NCBI GenBank assembly: GCA_015067525.1
Contig: SVMH01000001.1
Location: 16,959 to 80,958 of the forward strand
Direction: 5' to 3'
Source of the DNA: Oscillospiraceae bacterium
GTDB lineage: Bacteria > Bacillota > Clostridia > Oscillospirales > Oscillospiraceae
Length of the DNA: 64,000 nt
Positions 29,246 to 37,400 of the stretch are shown here, in pieces. The translations under genes were made by a program, and so were the position numbers. The notes under the pieces were generated by a model. It made no database searches and was not told the origin of the DNA. It saw only the letters and a program-made list of their open reading frames with translations. Position 1 is the first letter of the stretch. Each line of letters begins with the position of its first letter.

Positions 29246-30373
29246 ATGAAAGTGATCAACGGCCGGGTGTTTGACCCGGAACAGGGCTTTGTGCAGCGCG
29301 ACCTCTGCACCGAGGGTAGTCTCATCGCCGCCGCCGGCGGCGGTGAAGTGATCGATGCCGCCGGCTGCTATGTGATCCCCGGTCTGGTGGATGTCCACTT
29401 CCACGGCGCCGTGGGCGAGGATTTCAGCGACGCTACCGCCGAGGGTCTGCAGCGCATTGCCGACTTTGAGCTGAGCCAGGGCGTGATGTACATCTGCCCG
29501 GCAGGCATGACGCTGCCCGAGGACCAGCTGCGCGCCATCTGCGAAAATACCGCCGCCCACCGCCGCGAAAATAAGGGCGGTGCGGAGGTGGTGGGTCTCC
29601 ATCTGGAGGGCCCCTTCCTGTCCATGGCCAAAAAGGGCGCCCAGAACGCAGACTTCCTCCACGCTCCCGATGCCGCTATGCTGGCACGTCTCCAGGAGGC
29701 CGCCGAGGGCGCTGTCCGTCTCGTGACGGTGGCTCCCGAGGAGCCGGGCGCCATGGCGTTTATCCGCAGTGCCAAGGAAATGGGTATCACCGTGTCTGTG
29801 GGCCACACCACGGCGGACTACGACACCGCCATGGAGGCCTTCCGCTGCGGCGCATCCCACGCCACCCATCTCTATAACGGTATGCCCAGCCTGCACCACC
29901 GTGCCCCCGCCGTTATCGGCGCCGCCTTCGACACCCCCGGTGTCCGGGCCGAGCTGATCTGCGACGGCGTGCATATCCATGGCGCTATGGTGCGTCTGGC
30001 CTTCCGCCTGTTCGGCAAAGAGCGCATGGTGCTCATCTCCGACTCCCTCCGTGCAGCCGGTATGCCCGACGGCACCTACCCCTTCGGCGGTCAGGAGATC
30101 GAGGTTCACGGCAACCGTGCCACCATCGTGGGCCATCCCGAGACGCTGGCCGGTTCTGTGACCAGCCTGATGGGCTGCCTGCGGCAGGCTGTGAAGTTTG
30201 ACATCCCCCTCCACGACGCCGTGCGCGCCTGCACGCTGAATCCGGCACAGGCCATCGGCATTGCCGACCGCTGCGGCACGCTGGATGAGGGCAAGGACGC
30301 CAGCTTCGTGGTGCTGGACGAGAAGGATCTCTCCGTCCGCGCCATGGTGTTCAAGGGCAAGCGTATTGCCTGA
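29246..30373 (+). CDS. nagA: N-acetylglucosamine-6-phosphate deacetylase
   Basis: PGLVDVHFHG, HLEGPF, THLYNGM and LAGS. Confidence 0.95.
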   Translation: MKVINGRVFDPEQGFVQRDLCTEGSLIAAAGGGEVIDAAGCYVIPGLVDVHFHGAVGEDFSDATAEGLQRIADFELSQGVMYICPAGMTLPEDQLRAICENTAAHRRENKGGAEVVGLHLEGPFLSMAKKGAQNADFLHAPDAAMLARLQEAAEGAVRLVTVAPEEPGAMAFIRSAKEMGITVSVGHTTADYDTAMEAFRCGASHATHLYNGMPSLHHRAPAVIGAAFDTPGVRAELICDGVHIHGAMVRLAFRLFGKERMVLISDSLRAAGMPDGTYPFGGQEIEVHGNRATIVGHPETLAGSVTSLMGCLRQAVKFDIPLHDAVRACTLNPAQAIGIADRCGTLDEGKDASFVVLDEKDLSVRAMVFKGKRIA

Positions 30374-30391
30374 GAAAATGGAATCATTACG

Positions 30392-30425
30392 AAAAAAGCC
30401 TGCCGCAGCTGCGGCAGGCTTTTTT
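30392..30425. terminator. Bidirectional terminator
   Basis: A6-GCCTGCCGCAG-CTGCGGCAGGC-T6. Confidence 0.85.
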
Positions 30426-30439
30426 GTTGTGGGGATTGG

Positions 30440-30990
30440 TTAGACAAATTGGGATTTGACGGTATTACAACAGCTTTATCTCATTGGCAATCATAGCCAC
30501 GGTTTTGGCTGTGGTATCAATTTTAATGGTATCGAGTGCTTGATACATCGGTATTCTTGCTATGCTTCGCTCAATTATATCTTCAGAACGGATACCTCTT
30601 TCTACATCCATTGCCAATCTTTCACACAGAGTCTTTTCATCCGCTACAAGCGAGACGCATTTCACCTCACAGTTCTGCGTATCCAGCTTCTCAAGTATGG
30701 AATTGATAATACTCTGCTCATGCATCACCCAACAAAAAATGATATTCTCGTATGCAGAACACTTCAGAAAATTATCGAGTAAATAACAAATATTATTTGT
30801 CACCATTGCTTTTGTTTCATCGGTTACTTGGAACGGACTTGCATCCCAGCACCAATCTCCGTCAAGAAATACACTATTCGGCAAATCCTGTTTGAGCTGT
30901 TGGCACACAGTTGTTTTTCCAACTCCCATAGTGCCACCAACCATATATAAAGTTTTCATCATTCGCACCTACAAATTCAAGTTTGTCTAA
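30440..30990 (-). mobile_element. Low-GC single-gene cassette bounded by 19-bp imperfect inverted repeats
   Basis: Left TTAGACAAATTGGGATTTG (30440-30458); right, reverse-complemented, TTAGACAAACTTGAATTTG (30972-30990); 16/19 identical. Interior about 35-42% GC in hand-counted lines versus about 60% in neighbouring genes. Confidence 0.7.
30465..30962 (-). CDS. P-loop nucleotide-kinase-like (AAA family) protein
   Basis: GGTMGVGKTT Walker A and FLDGDWCW; AT-rich codon usage. Confidence 0.88.
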   Translation of the reverse strand: MMKTLYMVGGTMGVGKTTVCQQLKQDLPNSVFLDGDWCWDASPFQVTDETKAMVTNNICYLLDNFLKCSAYENIIFCWVMHEQSIINSILEKLDTQNCEVKCVSLVADEKTLCERLAMDVERGIRSEDIIERSIARIPMYQALDTIKIDTTAKTVAMIANEIKLL

Positions 30991-31036
30991 GAGACCGTCT
31001 GCTGTCTTCACAGGTACGGTACGTTGCCTTATCGAC

Positions 31037-31065
31037 ATCTTACCACACCGCCGCCGGTTGTGCAA
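31037..31065 (-). promoter_or_regulatory. SigmaA promoter outside the cassette and reading into it
   Basis: TTGCAC-17-TAAGAT with an extended -10 TG. Confidence 0.65.
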
Positions 31066-31069
31066 CGGT

Positions 31070-31122
31070 TATCCCCCCGTCATTTGCGTTGCAAATGACA
31101 TCCCCCTTTAGGCAAGGGGGGT
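31070..31122. repeat. REP-like double-hairpin element
   Basis: GTCATTTGC-gtt-GCAAATGAC followed by CCCCCTT-taggc-AAGGGGG; similar architecture at 53516-53580. Confidence 0.55.
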
Positions 31123-31123
31123 G

Positions 31124-31158
31124 AAAAAAGGAGACAGCACATGCGTGCTGTCTCCTTT
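31124..31158 (-). terminator. Terminator of the GH13 operon
   Basis: A6-GGAGACAGCAC-atgc-GTGCTGTCTCCTTT. Confidence 0.8.
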
Positions 31159-31160
31159 GC

Positions 31161-31334
31161 TTATTGCTTTCTTGCGGTGATGTACTCGTCACCGGGCCGC
31201 CAGTAGGGACAGGAATCGGTGTGGCTGGAGAGGAAGCGGATCATCTCGTCCTCGTCTAAGTCTATATCGCAGACATAGTCGTCGTACAACTCATCGTAGA
31301 CGAAAAAGTTGCAGCTTTCGCACTTACTGCTCAT
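31161..31334 (-). CDS. 57-aa Cys/acidic small protein (DUF6472-like), missing from the ORF track
   Basis: MSSKCESCNFFVYDELYDDYVCDIDLDEDEMIRFLSSHTDSCPYWRPGDEYITARKQ; ATGA overlap with the transporter stop codon; GAGGTG RBS. Confidence 0.8.
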   Translation of the reverse strand: MSSKCESCNFFVYDELYDDYVCDIDLDEDEMIRFLSSHTDSCPYWRPGDEYITARKQ

Positions 31335-32689
31335 TTCAGATCACCTCTGGCCGTCAGTTCGCCGATGATGCGCTGATAGAGCTTGGCGTCGATCTTATAC
31401 TTTTTCAGGTAGATCACATAGCCGATGACGATGGCGATGAGGGGGAAGATCATCATGGCCATCTTCATGATGAGAAGGCCCTGCTCCGTCACCTGCGAGG
31501 CGTCGGCGGCCTGATTGATGCCGGAGATGATGAGGGTCACCGTCACCACGCCGGTGGCGATGGCGCTGCCCAGCTTGTTGATGAGGGGCTGGACAGAGAA
31601 GGTGATGGACTCGTTGCGGCGGCCCAGCTTCCACTGGCCGTACTCGATGGTGTCGGCAAGGAACATGAGCATCAGCGTCTGGATGAAAGCCTGACCGATG
31701 AAGAGGAGCACGCCGGCCACGCCGATGGGCAGCATGTGCATGGGGGCGAAGAAGAACACGATGTAGCCCACCACCACCAGGATGGTTGCGATGGAGTAGA
31801 GTTTTTTGCGGCTGAACTTGGCGGCAAACTTGGGGAAGAGCAGCAGAGCCGTCAGCTGGCTGACGCCCAGCACCACGGCGAAGATGGAGTACATATCCTC
31901 GTCGCCGTAGGCGTAGATGAAGAAGTAGGTGCCGAAGCTGGTGGTAGTGGAGTAGCCCACCATGAAGAGGATCATGCTGATGGTGGTCCACAGTAGCTGG
32001 TCGTTGCCGAAGATGACGCGGACAAAGTCGCGAAGGGTGGTGCGCTCCTCGTCCTTATAGTGGCTGCGGTCCTCCTGCACGCCGACGAGGGTAATGAGCT
32101 GGGTCGCCAGCATCATGACGCACACGGCGATGGCGAGGATAAACCATGCCTTCTGCTCGCTGCCCACGGCCTCGCCGATGGCACCGGTGATGGGAATCAC
32201 GCCTACCACGATGATGTACATACCAATGTTGGCGCAGATGCGGGCGAAGGCGCCCAGCTTCTCACGCTGGGCCTGATCGGTGCTCAGAGCCGGCAGCAGC
32301 GACCAGTAGGCGATATCGTCTACACCGAAACTGATATCCCACAGCACATAGCAGATGCCAAAGAGCACCACATAGGAAAGACCGGCGGCGGGCAGGGGGG
32401 CGAACATCAGCAGCAGGCACGCGCAGGCCACGATGCTGCCGCTGAGCATCCACGGCTTGAACTTGCCCCAGCGGGAGCGGGTATTGTCGATGAGGATGCC
32501 GGTGATGGGGTCGTTGAAGGCGTCCAGGATCCGCAGCACCGTCAAAAGGCCGCCCACGGCCGCCAGCATGGCGTCGTCCAGATGGCGCACCTCGGTGAGG
32601 TACGTCAGCAGGTACATGGATTCCAGCGTGTAGAACATGTCCCGACCCACGGTGCCAAGACCGAAGCAGTATTTGTTTCTCTTGTTCAT
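31331..32689 (-). CDS. Glycoside-pentoside-hexuronide (GPH/MelB-like) MFS cation symporter
   Basis: DAFNDPITGILIDNTRSRWGKFKPW and ADTIEYGQWKLGRRNE. Confidence 0.92.
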   Translation of the reverse strand: MNKRNKYCFGLGTVGRDMFYTLESMYLLTYLTEVRHLDDAMLAAVGGLLTVLRILDAFNDPITGILIDNTRSRWGKFKPWMLSGSIVACACLLLMFAPLPAAGLSYVVLFGICYVLWDISFGVDDIAYWSLLPALSTDQAQREKLGAFARICANIGMYIIVVGVIPITGAIGEAVGSEQKAWFILAIAVCVMMLATQLITLVGVQEDRSHYKDEERTTLRDFVRVIFGNDQLLWTTISMILFMVGYSTTTSFGTYFFIYAYGDEDMYSIFAVVLGVSQLTALLLFPKFAAKFSRKKLYSIATILVVVGYIVFFFAPMHMLPIGVAGVLLFIGQAFIQTLMLMFLADTIEYGQWKLGRRNESITFSVQPLINKLGSAIATGVVTVTLIISGINQAADASQVTEQGLLIMKMAMMIFPLIAIVIGYVIYLKKYKIDAKLYQRIIGELTARGDLK

Positions 32690-32695
32690 CTCTCT

Positions 32696-34306
32696 TTATT
32701 CTCCTCTTAAGATCACGGCCTCCCAGGGCAGCAGTGTGCCGTCGAAAGCGGTGCTGCCGTAGCTGGAGAGCACCAACTGTCCGGCAAAGTCCACGGTCTG
32801 CATCGTATCGCAGCAGTTGAGGATGATGGTCAGCGTCTCGCCATCACCGATGCGGCGGTAGGCGCACAGAGTGTCGGTGGCGGTCAGCAACTCGAACTCG
32901 CCCCACAGCAGCGTGGGAGAGTTTTTGCGCAGGGCAATCAGCGTCTTGTACCAGCTGCGCAGGGAGGAGGGGTCCTTCTTCTGAGCCGCCACGTTGATGC
33001 GCTTGTAGTTGGCGTTGATGCCCAGCCACGGAGTGCCGCTGGTGAAGCCGGCGCCGTACCGGTCCGTCCACTGCATGGGGGTGCGGGCATTGTCGCGGCT
33101 GGTGGCGCGGATGATTTTCCAACGCAGAGCCGCGGGGATGTGCAGCGACTTGAGCAGGTTGTGGACGTTAACGGACTCCACATCCCGCACCTCGGACATG
33201 GAGGTGAAGTCGAAATCCATCATGCCGATCTCCTGTCCCTGGTAGACGTAGGGCGTGCCCTTCAGGGTGAACAGGAGCGTGGCCAGCAGCTTACCAGATT
33301 CCATGGGGTACTGCTTGGAGCCGAAACGGGGGATGGAGCGGGGCTGGTCGTGGTTTTCGAGATAAATGGTGTTCCACGGCACATCCTTCTGCCAGCGGGC
33401 GAGGGTCTCCATAAATTTACCCCATTTGTGGGGTGTTTTGAACCATTTGACGATCTTCTGGTCACATTCCATGTGCTCAAAGCCGAACACGGTGTGCAGC
33501 TCGCGCCGCTCCGGCGCGCACAGATCGCAGGCCATCTGGGTGTTGACGAACACCGTTTCGCCCACGGTGTAGGCATTATATTCATCGAAGATCTCACGCA
33601 GCTGGCGCAGGATCTGGTGGGTGCCCTCCCGGGAGAGGTAGTGCTCCGAGCCGGTGAGGATCAGCTTTTTGGGGCTGGAATCCAGCGAGTCCTTCCACAG
33701 GATGTTGATGACGTCGCAGCGGAAACCGGCGATGCCCTTGTCCAGCCAGAAGCGCAGGATCTTCTTGATCTCCTCCAGCACTTTCGGCTCATAGTAGTTC
33801 AGATCCGGCTGGTGGCGGGCAAAGAGGTGGAGATAATACTCGCCGCTGCGGTCGTCGTATTCCCAGCAGTTTTCACCGAAAAAGCCGGTCCAGTTGTTGG
33901 GAAGCTTGCCGTTTTTGCCGCCCTTGCGCCAGAAGTAGTAGTTGCGGTAGGGGCTTTCCGGATTGCGGCTGGCCTGAAACCAGGGGTGGGCGGTGGAGGT
34001 GTGGTTGATGACCAGGTCCATGATGATGCCCATGCCCCGCGCCTTGGCCTCGGCAATGAGCCGGTCCATGTCCTCCATGGTGCCGAAATCGGGATGGATG
34101 GCGCAGTAGTCGCTGATGTCATAGCCGTTATCCTCGTTGGGGGAGGCGTAGACGGGGGAGAGCCAGATGAGGTCCACGCCCAGGTCGGCAAGCTCGTCCA
34201 GCTTGGAGATGATGCCCGGGATATCGCCGATGCCGTCGCCGTTGCTGTCACAGAAGCTGCGGGGATAGATCTGGTAGACTGTGGATTGTTTCCACCATTC
34301 GTGCAT
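32696..34306 (-). CDS. GH13 alpha-glucosidase/oligo-1,6-glucosidase
   Basis: YQIYPRSF, DLVINH, QPDLN, GFRCDVIN and ENHDQPR. Confidence 0.93.
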   Translation of the reverse strand: MHEWWKQSTVYQIYPRSFCDSNGDGIGDIPGIISKLDELADLGVDLIWLSPVYASPNEDNGYDISDYCAIHPDFGTMEDMDRLIAEAKARGMGIIMDLVINHTSTAHPWFQASRNPESPYRNYYFWRKGGKNGKLPNNWTGFFGENCWEYDDRSGEYYLHLFARHQPDLNYYEPKVLEEIKKILRFWLDKGIAGFRCDVINILWKDSLDSSPKKLILTGSEHYLSREGTHQILRQLREIFDEYNAYTVGETVFVNTQMACDLCAPERRELHTVFGFEHMECDQKIVKWFKTPHKWGKFMETLARWQKDVPWNTIYLENHDQPRSIPRFGSKQYPMESGKLLATLLFTLKGTPYVYQGQEIGMMDFDFTSMSEVRDVESVNVHNLLKSLHIPAALRWKIIRATSRDNARTPMQWTDRYGAGFTSGTPWLGINANYKRINVAAQKKDPSSLRSWYKTLIALRKNSPTLLWGEFELLTATDTLCAYRRIGDGETLTIILNCCDTMQTVDFAGQLVLSSYGSTAFDGTLLPWEAVILRGE

Positions 34307-34426
34307 AGTTGGGTACCGTCCTTTCTCAGCGCCGGCGGAGGGAGCTGGGCGATGATTTTCTTTCATTATACGCTGTGACAGGGGAGAGCGTCAACGAAAA
34401 AAAGCGCGAAGATACCTATATAAAAT

Positions 34427-34463
34427 AAAGAAAGAGGGCGGCAGTTGAACTGCCGCCCTCTTC
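34427..34463 (-). terminator. Terminator after the adhesin gene
   Basis: AAAGAAAGAGGGCGGCAG-ttgaa-CTGCCGCCCTCTTC. Confidence 0.75.
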
Positions 34464-34483
34464 AGGCATTAGGGGATAGACGC

Positions 34484-37400
34484 TTACTCAGCGTAGCCTT
34501 CGCGCTCCTTGCGCTGCTTGAGCAGCAGCACGACCACGCCGGCCAGGGAGACCAGCATGGCACCGGTCAGCAGACCCACGGGGGTCGTGTCGCCGGTCTT
34601 GGGAGCGGGACGGTAGACGGTGGTACCCTCAGAGGTATCCTCGTCAGTGGTGCCGCCCTCAGCGTTGACCACAGCGGTGTTGAACAGCGTCTGGCCGATC
34701 TGCTCGGTGGTGGGTACGTACTCGTACTCGCCGGTCCAGATCTCGCCAACGGCCAGAGCGCCGATGGTCTCGGTCAGGCCCAGCATCTCGTCCACCAGAA
34801 CCACGTCCTTCAGATCCACCTCACCGTTGTTGGTGACAACGATGGTGTAGGTCAGAGGCTTGCCGGCGAAGACCTTGTCAGAGCCTGCGGTCTTCTCCAC
34901 ATCGAGGGAGCGCTGCAGGATGGTCAGCGTGCCGGGAACAAACTCCAGAACGTAGTTGGCGGCCTTGAAGCCCTCACCATCCGTCAGAGCCAGAGTGCCC
35001 TGCGTGATGGGATACTCGCCCTTGGCGGCACCGGCCTCGCGGACCAGCTCACCGGTGAAGGCGGGCGTCTCGGTAGCCACGGGGGTGTTGACCTGATAGG
35101 TCAGCTCGGGATCGGCATCGCCGGTAGCGATGGTGTGGCTGTCGGCGGTGACAACGATGGTGGCGGGAGTGATGACCACGGGAACGGTGGTGGTCAGAGC
35201 GTCGCCCTCATAGTTGTCGTTGGAAGCCTTGACATAGACGGTGTAGTTGCCCACATCCTGATACTGAGGCATCTCGGCGGTGTAGGTCACGCCGTCCACG
35301 CTGTAGGTGTAGGTCCACTCGTCGGTGGCAACTGCGCCGGTAACGGCCTGAGAGGTCACGCCGTTGTGCAGCTGGCCATCGTACACGCCGGTGTAGCCGG
35401 TGGCTTCCAGCTTGGCGTTGGTGTGCTTGTTGACAGTCAGCACGCCTTCCTTGACGGTGATGTCATAGTTGGCGGCCTTGGTGCCGTCCTTCAAGGTGTA
35501 GGTGAAGGTGTTGTCCACGCTGCCCACGTTGGTGATGGAAGCGAAGTTGCTGTAATCAGCGCCCTCGCCGGCCACGAAGCCGTCACCGGTGACGGCCACA
35601 GACTCGACCTTCAGAGCGGTGCCGTTATACATCTTGCTGCCGGAGCCGGAGGTCAGGACCACGGTGCGCTTGGTGATCTCCAGAGCGCCGTCGGTCACGT
35701 TGAAGGTGACACCCTCAAAGTTCTTGCTGGTATTGGCAAACTGGGAAGCAGCCAGACCCATGGGGTAGGTGCCCACATCGGTGCCGGCAGCAACGGCGGT
35801 GCCGGAGAAGGAGATGTTGGACTCAGCGTACAGAGTGCTGGAGATGTTGGTGACCTTGTAGCCTTCCACCTTCTGCTCAGCGCCATTGTACATCTTGGTG
35901 CCGGTGTTGCCCACGATGGTGACCACAACGCCGGTGAGAGGAGTGATGGTCAGAGCGCCGTCGGTCACCACGAAGGTGACATCAAAGTTGGCGTTCTTGT
36001 TGGTGAACTGCTCCTTGGCCAGACCCATGGGATAGGTATCCACATCGGTGCCCTTGGCAACAGCATTGCCGGAGAAGGTGAAGTCGGCTTCGGTGTAGAG
36101 CTTGTCGGAGATGGCCACGGTGTAGCCTTCCACCTTCTGCTCAGCGCCGTTGTAGACCTTGCTGTCCTTGTTGCCGGTGATGGTCACGGTGACAGCCAGA
36201 GGATCGATGACCAGAGCGCCATCTTCCACCACGAATTCCACGTTGGTGAAGTTCTTGTTGGTGTTGGCGAAGTCGGAACTCTTGACGGCCATGGGATAGT
36301 TGCCCACGTTGGTGCCCTTCACGGTGGCGTCGCCGTTGAAGGTGAAGTCAGCGGTGGTGTACAGCGCGTTGGAGATGGACACGACATCATAGCCGGTGAC
36401 GGTCTTCTCAGTGCTGTCGTAGGTGACCTTGTCGCTGTGCTCCTTGACGGTGACGGTGACCTTGTCGGTGATGGGAGTGATCTCCAGCTGGCCATCGTTC
36501 ACCACGAAGGTGACGGTGAAGTTGTCGTTCTTGTTGGTGAACTGAGAGGTGGCCAGATTCATGGGATACTTGCCCACGGTGGTACCGGCGGCAACGGCGG
36601 TGCCGTTGAAGGCGAAGTCAGCTTCGGTGTAGAGCTTGTCGGAGATGGCCACGGTGTAGCCTTCCACCTTCTGCTCAGCGCCGTTGTAGACCTTGCTGTC
36701 CTTGTTGCCGGTGATGGTCACGGTGACGGCCAGAGGAGTGATCTCCAGAGAGCCGTCGCTGACCACGAACTTCACGGACTTGAAGTTGGGGTTGGTGTTG
36801 GTGAACTGCTTCTCATTCAGACCCATGGGATAGGTACCCACGTTGGTGCCGGCGGCAACAGCGGTGCCGGAGAAGGAGAAGTCGGTTTCCTTATACAGGG
36901 GGTTGGAGATGGAGACGGTGTAGTCCTCCACCTTCTGCTCGCTGCCGTTGTAGACCTTGGAGGCCTTGTTACCGGTGATGGTGACGACCACTTCGTCCAC
37001 GGGGGTGATCTCCAGCTGGCCGTCGGTGACGGTGAAGGTAACGGTGAAGTTACCGTTCTTGTTGGAGAACTGATCCTTGGTCAGGCCCATGGGATACTTA
37101 CCCACGGCAGTGCCCTTGGCAACGGCCTCGCCGGAGAAGGCGATGTCGGCCTCGGTGTAGAGCTTGTCGGAGATGGAGACCTTGTAGCCTTCCACCTTCT
37201 GCTCGCTGCCGTTGTAGACCTTGACGTCCTTGTTACCGGTGATGGTCACGGTGACAGCCAGAGGAGTGATCTCCAGCTCGCCGTCAGTCACGTTGAAGGT
37301 GACCTTGGCGAAGTTGGGGTTGTTGTTGGTGAACTGGGAAGCAGCCAGACCCATGGGATACTTGTCCACATCGGTGCCGGCGGCAACAGCCTCACCGGAG

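Noticed and set aside
30874-31065. 63-aa ORF containing DKLEFV
   Set aside because: It starts within the -35 hexamer, has no RBS and crosses the cassette boundary; the peptide is just the translated repeat.
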